Counted from the stretch's first letter, positions 38,047 through 48,136 are shown. The stretch: DNA of 64,000 nt from an archaeon (GCA_023259115.1 JAHFQW010000003.1:46346-110345), one strand, 5' to 3'. A program made the numbers and translations. Notes: generated by a model from the letters alone, not told the origin.

Positions 38047-38829
38047 TTATTGGCGTAATTTGTTTTCTCTTTCCAATCGTTGAATAAGATTTGATACTCT
38101 CCCCTCAGGGATAGATGAATCTATTGATCTGAATGTAGCTTCAATGCCTGGAGTGGAAGAATATAATTGGTCTAATATTTCTCCTAGAGAATTGCTTTTC
38201 CATTGGATAATTGAAGAAGCGGTGCCTTGAGGGTGTTTCAAAGAGAATTGTACTTCCAGGTGATAGGAATCATCGCCATCTTGTCGAGAAACTTGAACAA
38301 TATCTTCCATAGTCTCAATGCCACAGATTTGCACGGAATCAGGGATAATGTGGTTATCATAATGAGGATAGGGCAATGTTCCTTCTTTTAATTTAGACCA
38401 TATTCGGCCACGTTTCTCACCGACAAATCTTATTTCTGTTTCACTTTTGGCGTGAAAATAGGTGGGTTCATAACTATTTAAATTTATTTTTGCACTATAT
38501 GCACCAAGAGCGTCAGAGGTGAAATTGGTTAGTTTAATGCTTATATTTCCATCATCAACACGATACGCTCCCCAGATTCTCTTTTCTTCGGTTTTGCCTT
38601 CTTCTGTAGGTGAAAAATGGATTACACCATCTTTTGCAGGAAAATGACCACAGCGCCATGGACCAAATTTAGATATTTTGCCCAACCCATATACTTCCAT
38701 ACTACCTAAAGCGCTATTTGGCGAATGGGGAGAAAAATCAGAGAGACGAACGCCACCAATCACCATTCCATTTCGTTGAAATGCTATTTCTTTATTGTTT
38801 CTTAAATATAATGAAATGTTTGTGTCCAT
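38047..38829 (-). CDS. Hypothetical protein (260 aa), last gene of the ABC-transporter operon
   Basis: Clean ORF; no motif recognised. Confidence 0.4.
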   Translation of the reverse strand: MDTNISLYLRNNKEIAFQRNGMVIGGVRLSDFSPHSPNSALGSMEVYGLGKISKFGPWRCGHFPAKDGVIHFSPTEEGKTEEKRIWGAYRVDDGNISIKLTNFTSDALGAYSAKINLNSYEPTYFHAKSETEIRFVGEKRGRIWSKLKEGTLPYPHYDNHIIPDSVQICGIETMEDIVQVSRQDGDDSYHLEVQFSLKHPQGTASSIIQWKSNSLGEILDQLYSSTPGIEATFRSIDSSIPEGRVSNLIQRLERENKLRQ

Positions 38830-38908
38830 AGAATCACTCTCACGATGTTTATGTTGGCTTTTTAGGTGTGTTTGGAAGAAATCAATGTCTATTTAAAGAT
38901 TTATGAAA

Positions 38909-39475
38909 TCAAGAATATACCAATTCTATGACATCGCCAGCTTGGGGAGAATAGTCAAAGGCATAAGATTCTTTGTTGTTGATAATTAAAGACGCTTTAT
39001 GGCCTTCTTTGGTACAGTACGCTTGGTCAATAGTGAGGCATTGACTGTTGATTTTGAGATTGATTTTTTCAAAGATTTGAGTTAAGGTGAGGCCTTGGGC
39101 GTAGACTTTTACGGTCTCTTTATCAAAGGTGACAAAGAAGTTTTTGGTGTTGGCGCGAGCGGCAAAATCAATGGGTTTTGTTTCAATGGTGGCACGCAGA
39201 GTAAAAGTAATGGGGGTTTGTGTAAAAGAATAATAACTATTTTGATTGCAAACGTTTTGCTGGCATAAATTTTGAGAGCAAAGAATGGCAACAGGTTGGG
39301 AATCGCACGTTAACGCACAATCGGTATCGGTTTGGCATACTCGAGGTTCAACAGGGGTATTTTGTGCGGGACCGATATTATTGAGAAAAATAGGAACGGT
39401 GAATCCTATGACCACGAGAACTAGAAAAATAATCATGAGTACTTTTATGATGAATTGTTTACGTTGTGCTTTCAT
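38909..39475 (-). CDS. Small Cys-rich membrane-anchored / secreted protein
   Basis: N-terminal TM anchor (IIKVLMIIFLVLVVIGF); six or more cysteines in the mature part. Confidence 0.35.
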   Translation of the reverse strand: MKAQRKQFIIKVLMIIFLVLVVIGFTVPIFLNNIGPAQNTPVEPRVCQTDTDCALTCDSQPVAILCSQNLCQQNVCNQNSYYSFTQTPITFTLRATIETKPIDFAARANTKNFFVTFDKETVKVYAQGLTLTQIFEKINLKINSQCLTIDQAYCTKEGHKASLIINNKESYAFDYSPQAGDVIELVYS

Positions 39476-39559
39476 AGAGATAGCAAAAAAAGAAAGAGAA
39501 TAAAAAGGTTTCTCTTATTTTTGGGAAGTGATTGGGGTGTAGGTTATTTTTTACACAAC

Positions 39560-40813
39560 CTATTCTACAACTAATGTGCCAGACATGCCACGCCAATCTT
39601 CACAGCTGCTACAAGTATAGGTAAAAGTGCCTTTGGTTAGGGCATCAAATTCTATAGTAGTTGGTCCGGAAATCTCTTTTTGAACACCCAAGTCTTTTAT
39701 AGCGAAAGTGAATGCAATGTTTTCTGGCCGCAGGGTTAAAATGACGTGATCGTTTTGTTTGACAATAATTTTATCAGAGCTGAAAAACCATTTTTTTGCA
39801 CCTAATGAGACTTGGTGAGGATATGTTTTTACTGAAGTTGTTGATGTGCTGGAAGTTGAGGTCGGTGATGAAGTGGAGGCCTGAGCTTGCGTACTTGTTG
39901 ATGTACTTGGTGCTGTACCTTGAGTACTAATAGGGGGTGTAGATGTGCTGGCGGGTTTTGTTGCAGCTGTTGAAGATACATTGGTTGTTTTTGAAGTTGT
40001 GGATGTTGTTTTCGATGCAGATGAATCTTTTATGTTAGATGTAGATGAACTGGCAGATTTTGGATCTGCTTTTGAAGTATCTGAAACAGATTTTGAAACA
40101 GAATTATCTGAGGCAGTTAAATCGAAGCCTTGCGGAAAGAATAATTTACCATCTTTTGTGACGTAAGAGTCGACATCTTGACCGGCGACAGATAAAGTTA
40201 CTTTGTAAAAATTGCCGACATCAATGGTCTTTTTGGCAACGGCGGTAAAAGGAGGCTGCAAGAGCTTAGTGTTGACATACGTTAAAGCTTTTGCCTGTGC
40301 GTCGTTTAATGAGAGGGTTTGAAGGGGGGTTTCTTTGGTAAATCTAAAACCTTGCGTAAAAACGGCAAAGATGAGTAAGATTATCAAAATCCCGGTGAAT
40401 GCTTGCCAGGTAGAGGCATCTTTAAAGAAACTCTCATTGTCAGATGCAGGTTTACTTTTCTCTTCTGCCCAAGGGTTCACGGGGGAGGTGATATCTAAGC
40501 CGGAGGTTTTGATGGATTTGACTTCTTTGAGCTCTTCTTTGGCAGAGCTGATAGTCATTTCTTCATCAGTGTATGTTTCAACTTTGATCGGATCCATTTT
40601 GACTTCTGGGGTTTTAGCTTTTCCTGATTTGACACTAACTTTGGCAAGTGCTTCTTTTGCGGCTAATTCTTTGGCAGATTTTTCGGCGATGCGTTTTAGG
40701 GCTAGCGCTTTACGTTCATGTTTAGCTTTGAGTACCATATGTTCCTCCGGGGTTTCGTCCTCGACAAATTCTTCACTATAATCATTGAGCTCGTCTAGTT
40801 GTTTTTGCTCCAT
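39560..40813 (-). CDS. Membrane protein with S/T-rich linker and a C-terminal cupredoxin-like domain lacking a full copper site
   Basis: Acidic N-terminus; TM helix (ILIILLIFAVF); S/T low-complexity stretch; C-terminal FTYTCSSCEDWRGMSGTLVV resembles the cupredoxin C..H..M loop but lacks the His. Confidence 0.4.
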   Translation of the reverse strand: MEQKQLDELNDYSEEFVEDETPEEHMVLKAKHERKALALKRIAEKSAKELAAKEALAKVSVKSGKAKTPEVKMDPIKVETYTDEEMTISSAKEELKEVKSIKTSGLDITSPVNPWAEEKSKPASDNESFFKDASTWQAFTGILIILLIFAVFTQGFRFTKETPLQTLSLNDAQAKALTYVNTKLLQPPFTAVAKKTIDVGNFYKVTLSVAGQDVDSYVTKDGKLFFPQGFDLTASDNSVSKSVSDTSKADPKSASSSTSNIKDSSASKTTSTTSKTTNVSSTAATKPASTSTPPISTQGTAPSTSTSTQAQASTSSPTSTSSTSTTSVKTYPHQVSLGAKKWFFSSDKIIVKQNDHVILTLRPENIAFTFAIKDLGVQKEISGPTTIEFDALTKGTFTYTCSSCEDWRGMSGTLVVE

Positions 40814-40965
40814 CGATTTTCACCTTTTTTAAAGTTGAAAAGTGAGGAGGAAGAATAATTTATAAAGATTTAGCTAGTTTAACAGTTAGTTTTAACTCTA
40901 TTTATTTTTGGGAAAAGTGTAAAAAAAATGTTGAAAATTATTTATTGATTGATTGATTCGAGAAA

Positions 40966-41682
40966 TTATTTATTGGTTATGCTGACAATTTTTCCATCAC
41001 GAAGGGAAATAGTTCGCTGGGCATGACGAACTAATGATTGGTCGTGCGTGACTAAGATTATGGTTTTTTTTTCTTTTTCGTGCAAGGTGGTTAAGAGTTC
41101 CATGATTTGTTTACCGGATTGGGAATCGAGGTTGCCAGTTGGTTCATCAGCTAAGATTATCTCGGGATTGTTTACTAACGCTCGAGCAATGGCAACACGC
41201 TGCTGCTGGCCACCAGATAATTCGTTGGGACGATGATGCATTCTATCGGCTAATCCCACAAGGGCGAGTAATTCTTTGGCACGCTCGATACGTTGTGTTT
41301 GGGGAACATTTTGAAAAATGGTTGGGAGGATGACATTTTCGAGGGCACTGAGAGTGTGGATGAGGTTGAATTGTTGGAAAACAAAGCCAATTTTTTTTCC
41401 ACGTAATTGAGCCAGAGCCGATTCGGAGAGATGACTGAGGTCTTTTTTTTCAAGCAGGATATGACCGCGAGTGGGAATGTCGAGAATGCCGACAAGATTC
41501 ATTAACGTTGATTTACCGCTTCCAGAGGGGCCTAAGATTGTGACAAATTCTCCTTTATAAATTGATACAGAGACGCCTCTGAGTACATCAAGTGATTCCG
41601 AACCCATTTGGTAGGTTTTCCAAACATCTTGTAACTCGAGGAGGATTTCTTTTTTGGGGAAATGGGTTTTTGCAGAGTTCAT
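40966..41682 (-). CDS. ABC transporter ATP-binding protein (MacB/LolD family)
   Basis: Walker [10 protein letters not shown]; signature [15 protein letters not shown]; Walker [12 protein letters not shown]. Confidence 0.85.
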   Translation of the reverse strand: MNSAKTHFPKKEILLELQDVWKTYQMGSESLDVLRGVSVSIYKGEFVTILGPSGSGKSTLMNLVGILDIPTRGHILLEKKDLSHLSESALAQLRGKKIGFVFQQFNLIHTLSALENVILPTIFQNVPQTQRIERAKELLALVGLADRMHHRPNELSGGQQQRVAIARALVNNPEIILADEPTGNLDSQSGKQIMELLTTLHEKEKKTIILVTHDQSLVRHAQRTISLRDGKIVSITNK

Positions 41683-41772
41683 GTTGAATTCTATTTTTCT
41701 ATTTGAGTATATTAATATTTAACGAATTGTGAGGATTATTCAAAGTTCTCTATAAATATTTATTCTAAATAT

Positions 41773-42990
41773 TCATTCGTACCTCAAACTATCTATAGCA
41801 TTGAGTTTAGAGGCTTTGCGAGCAGGGGTGAAGCCGGATATGCAGCCAATGATGAATGAGAAAAAGATGATGGCGAGCAGTTGTGTCCATTGAAATTGGA
41901 TGACAAGTAGTGATCCGATAAATTGGCTAAATATATATTCAATGATTTTGGCAAAGAGCATGCCTATGAGAACTCCGAGAATACCACCAATAAGACCATA
42001 TAAGCCTGATTCAATTAGAAATAAAGTTAAGATTTGCCGGTTGGTGGCGCCGATGGCTTTAAACAGGCCAATTTCTTTGGTGCGCTGCAGAACGGCGGTG
42101 AACATGGTGTTCATGATACCAATACCTCCGACAAAGAGAGAAATGGCGGCGATGCCTATGAGTACAACTTGGACGATGTTAAGAACGGTGTCAAAAGTAG
42201 AGACGAGTTGCTGGGGTGTTTGAATACTGAAGTCTTCTTTATCTTCTTTGAGGTGACGCGATTTGCGAAGTTCTTTTTTTATTTTTGCGTCCATGAGATT
42301 AAGGTCTTCTCCGGGATTGATTTGGACGAAAATAAGACCTAACTCATTGTTTTTTTGAAATAATTCTTGATAGGTGTCTATTGGAATGATGGCGGATTTA
42401 TCATCTTGGGGAGAGCCGGTTTTTTGCCAGAAGCCAATTATTTTGAATTCGTGTTCTTTAATGAGGATTTTATTTCCCAACGAGATATCTTTACCAAAGA
42501 GGTCGGGATTGGTATATTCACTGCCTAGAACGACTTTATAACGATCCCCGGAGGCAATATTACGTCCTTGGGCAATTTTATAACTTTGAGCACTGTTAAT
42601 GAGAGTATTTTCCTCTTTGTTGGTGGGAAAACCGTCTACAAAAAAGTAGCGTGCCTCGTTGTTGAATTCGATTTTACTGCTGCTGTATAAGAAGCCGGCG
42701 GCTTGTTTTACTCCGGATACTTTGCGGATAACATCCATGTCATGGGTGGTTATTTTTATCGCGTCAATGGAGAGACCGGCTGTGAGAGGATTTCCTTTGG
42801 CGGTGATGATTAATTTGTCGTTGCCTAATGCGGAAACTTGGCCGGTGATGGCTTGTTGAAGGCCTTGGCCAAGATTGATTAAAGAAACAACGGAGGCAAT
42901 GCCTATAATGATCCCAAAGAGAGTGAGAAGGGAGCGAAGTTTACGATTATGCATCTCTTTCCAGGGGATGAGGAAGTAGTCTTTGATCAT
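41773..42990 (-). CDS. ABC transporter permease, FtsX / MacB-like
   Basis: N-terminal TM helix, large extracytoplasmic domain, C-terminal 3-TM FtsX domain (QRTKEIGLFKAIGAT). Confidence 0.8.
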   Translation of the reverse strand: MIKDYFLIPWKEMHNRKLRSLLTLFGIIIGIASVVSLINLGQGLQQAITGQVSALGNDKLIITAKGNPLTAGLSIDAIKITTHDMDVIRKVSGVKQAAGFLYSSSKIEFNNEARYFFVDGFPTNKEENTLINSAQSYKIAQGRNIASGDRYKVVLGSEYTNPDLFGKDISLGNKILIKEHEFKIIGFWQKTGSPQDDKSAIIPIDTYQELFQKNNELGLIFVQINPGEDLNLMDAKIKKELRKSRHLKEDKEDFSIQTPQQLVSTFDTVLNIVQVVLIGIAAISLFVGGIGIMNTMFTAVLQRTKEIGLFKAIGATNRQILTLFLIESGLYGLIGGILGVLIGMLFAKIIEYIFSQFIGSLLVIQFQWTQLLAIIFFSFIIGCISGFTPARKASKLNAIDSLRYE

Positions 42991-43066
42991 GTGGTTTATG
43001 GTCTGTTGTTTTTTTTATGATTAGTTTTATTATATTATGATGATATCGTGATGATATTTTACGATA

Positions 43067-44278
43067 TTACTTACGCAAGGCATCGATGACTTGGAGTTGC
43101 GCGGCTTGTTTAGCAGGGAGAACACCGGAGATAATCCCCACACTAAATGAGAATAATAGGGCGGAGAGAAGCAGCCAGGAGGATATTTCGGCGTGGATTA
43201 AGACTGATTCAAATATTTGATAGGTGATAAATTCGACTAGTTTACTGATGAGGATACCTAGAGTTACGCCGATGATACCTCCTAAAAGACCAAGCATGCC
43301 GGATTCTATGAGGAAGAGGATAAGAATTTCTCGACGTGTGGCGCCGATGGCTTTGAGCAGGCCGATTTCTTTGGTGCGTTCTAACACGGCGGTGTACATG
43401 GTGTTCATGATGCCAACGCCTCCAACAAGTAAAGAGATACTGGCGATGCCTATGAGAACTCCTTCGATTATGAGAAGAATGGTATTAAATGTGGCAATAA
43501 GAGTTTGCGGAGTTTGAATGATGAAATCTTCTTTGCTCTTCTCTACATTACGGGATTTACGTAGTTCTTTTTTAAGTGAATCGGCAACGCTTGCAAGATC
43601 GGCGCTTTTTTGAATGCGAATGGCAATAATATCATAATCATCTTTAATTCCAAGCAGAGAACGGTAAGATTCCTCGGGAATAACGAGGGTGTCATCACGC
43701 TGGGGATTACCTGATTTTTTTAAAATGCCCACAATAGTAAATTGTTTTTGCTGGAGGAGAATTTTATCACGCAAAATGGGATCATGTTCAAAAAAGCCGT
43801 GCGCGAGATTATATCCTATTAAGACGCCAGGGCTGTTTTTTTCAGGAAATTTGCCTTCTTGAATTTGATAATCGTTTGCTTCGATTACGAGGTCTTGTTC
43901 TTGGGAATTTTCGGGATAAGAAACAGCATAGGTATATTTTTGTTCGTTTTTGAATTCTAATTGAGTTATACGAATTAGACGACCAACGGCGAGATCAACG
44001 TCTTTGGTTCTATCAATGGCGATTTTATCTTTTTTTGTGAGAGGAGACGCGACAGCCGTGCCAGGGGGGCCAAAGCCTGAACCTGCGGCTTGTACGATGA
44101 GCTTATCAGAGCCGAGTTTTAAGAATTGAGACGCGATGGCGTTTTGCAGGCCTTGGGAGAGGGTGATTAAAGCGACAACGGCAGCAATACCCACAAAGAT
44201 GCCAAGCATGGTGAGCCAGGAGCGCAGTTTACGTTGTTTGACACTGCGGTAAGCTAACTTGAAATAATCTTGTATCAT
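43067..44278 (-). CDS. ABC transporter permease, FtsX / MacB-like (second copy)
   Basis: Same architecture (ERTKEIGLLKAIGAT). Start trimmed to MIQDYFKLAYR to remove the run-on into the upstream gene. Confidence 0.75.
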   Translation of the reverse strand: MIQDYFKLAYRSVKQRKLRSWLTMLGIFVGIAAVVALITLSQGLQNAIASQFLKLGSDKLIVQAAGSGFGPPGTAVASPLTKKDKIAIDRTKDVDLAVGRLIRITQLEFKNEQKYTYAVSYPENSQEQDLVIEANDYQIQEGKFPEKNSPGVLIGYNLAHGFFEHDPILRDKILLQQKQFTIVGILKKSGNPQRDDTLVIPEESYRSLLGIKDDYDIIAIRIQKSADLASVADSLKKELRKSRNVEKSKEDFIIQTPQTLIATFNTILLIIEGVLIGIASISLLVGGVGIMNTMYTAVLERTKEIGLLKAIGATRREILILFLIESGMLGLLGGIIGVTLGILISKLVEFITYQIFESVLIHAEISSWLLLSALLFSFSVGIISGVLPAKQAAQLQVIDALRK

Positions 44279-44292
44279 TGATAGTTGAAGAT

Positions 44293-45543
44293 TTATTGAT
44301 ATTTGAGGATCTTTTTGAGAGTGAGGTTGTATTTTCTGTAGGCAACATAACCACCAATGGAGAGAAAGAGTATTACGATGTAGACCCACGTGTAATTGGT
44401 GGGAATTTTTCCGTATGTTTCAAGTTGAGAAGTGGTGTAGAGGTTCATGGTTAGGTCGAATTGCTGCTGGAACTGTTTGCCATTGGCATCAAAGTATTTG
44501 AGTTTAATGGGAAGATGAAGAAGCTTTGTGTTGGGAGTGATGTAGATTTCTAATTCTTCACTTTGGGTGTCGTCGGCATCGATATTTCCTATATAAAAAT
44601 AATCGTTGGGGGAGAGAAGAGTGTATTCGTCACTTGGTAGAACATATAGTTGTAGGTAACGAATGTCGGCGGTGCCGGGATTGGCGATTTCAATGGTGAT
44701 TTTACCGTTTTCTGCGGCTTGCAAAACGGAGGTTTTTTTAATGAAAGGTTGCACTTTTGGGATGTCACCTAAAGAGATGGCGAGAAGTTCTTGGGTTGTG
44801 AATAATTTACCTTTCTCGTCATAATAGCTGATTTCAAGAGGGACTTTGTATAGGCCGGCAGCGCCTTTGGGGTCGGCGATGAGATTGAAGGTGATGGCTT
44901 TTTGATAGCCAGAGGGTAACTGAGCGATAATTCTTTCTGAAGAGGATTGGTAGGGAGCGAAAGGAATGCCTGAAGAAGTGAGATTGAGTTTGAATTTTAA
45001 ATTGCGTAAGAGAGAATCTGCAAGATTTTTGATTGTTATGGTGGCTTGCGTTGATTCACCGGGTTTGATTTGTTCAGGATCAAAGGAGATAGAGGTAATA
45101 TCTAAAATGGAGTCTTGGGTTTGAATGTGGAGGAGAAATTCGTTGTTGGTGTAACTTATGCCGGATTCACCAAATTTTACGTTGAGTTCGAGTTCGAGAT
45201 CACCTTCGGTTGCTTGTTCATCTATTTTTAATTTGTATTCAACGATAATGGCATTAGCACCGGAGTTGAGGGCACGAAGTTTACCAATATTTTTTTGAGC
45301 AACATCGCCGTATAAACTCACGGGGTATTGCGGAAGAAGGGTGACTAGGGCATCGTTATTTGTCTCACTGCCATTATTCTCAATTTTGAATTTGACGGTG
45401 ACTATATCGCCAGGCTGTACGGGGTCGGGTGTTTGTGACATTAAGGTTACGTGAATACTAGGAGTTGAGGATGTGCCGTAGGCGGAAACGAGAGGAAATA
45501 TACAGAGAACGAGGAAAATGAAGAGGGGGAATTTTTTTGCCAT
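44293..45543 (-). CDS. Exported, C-terminally anchored protein; first gene of the ABC-transporter operon
   Basis: Signal peptide (LFIFLVLCIFPLVSAYG); beta-rich repeats; C-terminal TM helix (VYIVILFLSIGGYVAY). Confidence 0.35.
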   Translation of the reverse strand: MAKKFPLFIFLVLCIFPLVSAYGTSSTPSIHVTLMSQTPDPVQPGDIVTVKFKIENNGSETNNDALVTLLPQYPVSLYGDVAQKNIGKLRALNSGANAIIVEYKLKIDEQATEGDLELELNVKFGESGISYTNNEFLLHIQTQDSILDITSISFDPEQIKPGESTQATITIKNLADSLLRNLKFKLNLTSSGIPFAPYQSSSERIIAQLPSGYQKAITFNLIADPKGAAGLYKVPLEISYYDEKGKLFTTQELLAISLGDIPKVQPFIKKTSVLQAAENGKITIEIANPGTADIRYLQLYVLPSDEYTLLSPNDYFYIGNIDADDTQSEELEIYITPNTKLLHLPIKLKYFDANGKQFQQQFDLTMNLYTTSQLETYGKIPTNYTWVYIVILFLSIGGYVAYRKYNLTLKKILKYQ

Positions 45544-45625
45544 GTTATACCACGCTGCTTTTTGATGAGAGATTTAAGAGAGGTTTATTTATAAATGTTA
45601 TTGGAGATGAGGAAGAGAACAAAAG

Positions 45626-46630
45626 TTATTTTGCGGATGAAGAAGTTGCTGCGGTGTAGCGTTGCGTTAAAAGATGTTGCATGTAGGCTTTATCGGTGAG
45701 ACCGGTTTGTTTGTTGAGGATGCAATCGCTGTGTGGATGATTGAAATAAGGTTCAGTGTAGCGAGATTGGGTGAAATCGCACGTGGGATTGATGACACGA
45801 TGGATGGTTGCGGGTAAATTAGTTTTAATCTCTAATTTTTGGCCAATATTGATGACGGTGCTGTTTTTAATGTGAGGGATGTCTTGCCATTCACCATCAA
45901 TGAGCACTTGCAGACCTTTATTTGGTTCGTATAATGATGTTTTAAAGTTGCTATCTTTGTGTGAGCCTGCACGAATGGCTTTGGGCTGAGCGCTAGGTTG
46001 TGCAAGATCGTTGAGCATTTCTGTTGCAAGAGATTCAGAGATAGGAGAGAGGGGAGTATGGCAATAGTGAGTTAATAAATTGAGAAGGTATTGTTTGGAG
46101 GGGTAAAAATTAAGACGCATGACACTATTGCCTCCGGTGGCATCTTCTTTGAGCTCATCTTGGGGGAAGCCAAGGTATTGGGCGATGGCTTGCAGAAGAA
46201 GATGAGATTTTTCTTCTTGCAGATGATACGCGGCAAGGAGAGTTGACTTAAATTGAGGAAGAATATTTGAGGAAGGCCAGATGTTGGCATCATATCGGGA
46301 GTCGTTTTCTCGACCAAATTCGAAGTATTCTTTGAGATCAGGATATTTTTCGCCTAGAGCGGTCTCGCCACCAAGGGGTATGAAGCCACGTTCACCACGA
46401 GTTTGGGGGAGGAATAGATGCATTTTTTGTTCAAATGAGATGGTTTCAAAGAAGAGATGTTCTTGCTTGCGAACTTGAGACATGATGTTCTCCAAGCCTA
46501 CATTTTTACAGACAACAAAACCGGTTTGTTTTAATGATTTGCCAATGCCATCAATGAAACAATTTTTTATCTGTGATGAGGAAGAGAGGTAATCTTGAAA
46601 GTTGAGAATACGTACTTCTTGTGCATCCAT
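45626..46630 (-). CDS. 2-oxoglutarate / Fe(II)-dependent oxygenase superfamily protein
   Basis: HKD...H facial-triad spacing (RAGSHKDSNF ... ATIHRV) and VMRLNFYP region typical of 2OG-FeII_Oxy. Confidence 0.55.
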   Translation of the reverse strand: MDAQEVRILNFQDYLSSSSQIKNCFIDGIGKSLKQTGFVVCKNVGLENIMSQVRKQEHLFFETISFEQKMHLFLPQTRGERGFIPLGGETALGEKYPDLKEYFEFGRENDSRYDANIWPSSNILPQFKSTLLAAYHLQEEKSHLLLQAIAQYLGFPQDELKEDATGGNSVMRLNFYPSKQYLLNLLTHYCHTPLSPISESLATEMLNDLAQPSAQPKAIRAGSHKDSNFKTSLYEPNKGLQVLIDGEWQDIPHIKNSTVINIGQKLEIKTNLPATIHRVINPTCDFTQSRYTEPYFNHPHSDCILNKQTGLTDKAYMQHLLTQRYTAATSSSAK

Positions 46631-46719
46631 TAGACAGAAGGTCGAGCGGGGATTTATATGTTTTATGGGAATGGAGTAGAAAGATGAGCATGGGAGAATA
46701 AGGGGAATAAGGGAGAGGG

Positions 46720-46898
46720 GAGTTTAAGTATGTATTAAGTTAGGTAACAGAAAGTGAGGGCAGGCCGTCTGCTGTGGCGAAAATGATATGTTTTTCGATG
46801 ATTTTCGCTTCTTAACCTTATCTTACGAATGGTATAGCACAGCAGACATCTTGGCCAAGCCCGCACTTTTAATGTGAACTTAATACATACGAGTTTAA
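46720..46898. mobile_element. MITE (family 2, copy a) with 14-bp TIRs and 8-bp target-site duplication
   Basis: TIR GTATGTATTAAGTT (46728-46741) / AACTTAATACATAC (46877-46890). TSD GAGTTTAA at 46720-46727 and 46891-46898. Internal long imperfect hairpin GTGAGGGCAGGCCGTCTGCTGTG...CACAGCAGACATCTTGGCCAAGCCCGCAC. Confidence 0.6.
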
Positions 46899-46913
46899 GA
46901 AAGGTATATAAAC

Positions 46914-47420
46914 GTGAAAAAAATGATTGTGACCATGACGTGGTTATCAATGTTCGGGGGTTGGGGAAGTGGAAAAAATTCTACGAATTCTACGAAGAAG
47001 AGTGATTCGGAGGCGCAATTACGGGGGTTTATTTTAGATATTCGTACATATATCAACAAGAGATTGTATAATCCTGATTCTGAGCTGGTGCCGCTGCAGT
47101 TTTTGGATCGATCAACACGAGAAAATGCGGCAAATTCAACGGCAACGGTACAGCATTTTTTTGAGAGAACAAAAGAACAGTTGCAGACCTATAAAAGTGT
47201 TATTAGTGCAATAGCTGTACCAGAACAGGACCGCTTCTCACGAAATGCGAAAATAAAAACGGTAGAGGTATTGGAGGGGATGATGGGGCATTGTCAATTT
47301 TTTTATGATCGAGCAGAGTCGTATAGGACATATCAACAAGATGGAACGGTGAAGAGATTATTGAATCATACTATTAAAAATTATCTGGCAACGCTGGAGA
47401 TGTTTTCTGAGGTTAATTAA
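46914..47420 (+). CDS. Hypothetical protein (168 aa) bracketed by two MITEs
   Basis: ORF starts 15 bp after MITE 2a; MITE 2b begins 1 bp after its stop. No recognisable domain. Confidence 0.35.
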   Translation: MKKMIVTMTWLSMFGGWGSGKNSTNSTKKSDSEAQLRGFILDIRTYINKRLYNPDSELVPLQFLDRSTRENAANSTATVQHFFERTKEQLQTYKSVISAIAVPEQDRFSRNAKIKTVEVLEGMMGHCQFFYDRAESYRTYQQDGTVKRLLNHTIKNYLATLEMFSEVN

Positions 47421-47421
47421 T

Positions 47422-47664
47422 TTTTTAGAGTATGTATTGAAGTCTGGTTACAAAAAGTGCTGGCAGGCCGTCTGGTACTTGAGCAAGCAAGAGCGTTGCG
47501 AGCTCTTGCAAGTCACAGCAAAAATTAGCCCTCGGATCCGCGGTTCCTTGCAGTGTCTCTCGATTGTTTTTGCGTTTTAATCTTGTCTGACGAGTAGCGT
47601 AGTGCGACAGACATCTTGGCCAAGCCAGCACTTTTTCAGGTAAACTTAATACATACTTTTTAGA
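47422..47664. mobile_element. MITE (family 2, copy b) with TIRs and 8-bp target-site duplication
   Basis: TIR GTATGTATTGAAGT (47430-) / AACTTAATACATAC (47643-47656). TSD TTTTTAGA at 47422-47429 and 47657-47664. Internal hairpin GTGCTGGCAGGCCGTCTG...CAGACATCTTGGCCAAGCCAGCAC carries a compensatory change relative to copy a. Confidence 0.6.
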
Positions 47665-47701
47665 GAAAAGTATATAAAAAGCAAGTGGTTAGTGATTAAA
47701 G

Positions 47702-48136
47702 ATGGTGTTAAAAGAGATGTTTTCATTTGGGCAAAAGAAGGTGATTGAGTTAGATCCATACCAAGATTTGAAAGAGCGGGTGCAAGATGCGAATTCTTAT
47801 GTTATGAACAAGATTGGGGATCCGAAGGCGGAAATGTTTCAATTGCAGTTAGGGATTGTGCCAAAAGAGAGGATACAACGTTTTTTTTATGATGTGGGAA
47901 GCAATTTGGAGAGGCATCGAGAGAGTGTGAAAGCGGAATTGCTTAGGCATAATCCTATGACGTTTCCCATTGATAAGAGAGAAGTGATTAAAGCACTGGG
48001 TGATTTGCGCGAGATGTGCAAACATTTGGAGGAGAATCCTCAGCATTTTCGGGTGCGGACAACGGAGTTGCAGCATAAAGCACAAAATTATATGAAAGCG
48101 GCGGATGTGTACCGCAACTTATCTACTCGAAGATAG
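47702..48136 (+). CDS. Hypothetical protein (144 aa), possibly HEPN-like
   Basis: Alpha-helical. Weak similarity to the C-terminus of the preceding 168-aa protein. Lies upstream of an NTase gene, the usual HEPN/MNT arrangement. No firm motif. Confidence 0.3.
   Translation: MVLKEMFSFGQKKVIELDPYQDLKERVQDANSYVMNKIGDPKAEMFQLQLGIVPKERIQRFFYDVGSNLERHRESVKAELLRHNPMTFPIDKREVIKALGDLREMCKHLEENPQHFRVRTTELQHKAQNYMKAADVYRNLSTRR

Noticed and set aside
44279-44389. 37-aa N-terminal extension of the second FtsX permease (ORF 43067..44389)
   Set aside because: It overlaps the upstream gene and precedes the conserved MIQDYFKLAYRSVKQRK FtsX N-terminus; trimmed to 44278.
46735-47631. Minus-strand ORFs 46735..46950 (71 aa) and 47425..47631 (68 aa)
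   Set aside because: Both run through the MITE copies and share the peptide AWPRCL, which comes from the conserved CAGACATCTTGGCCAAGC core of the element. They are artefacts of repeat sequence, not genes.
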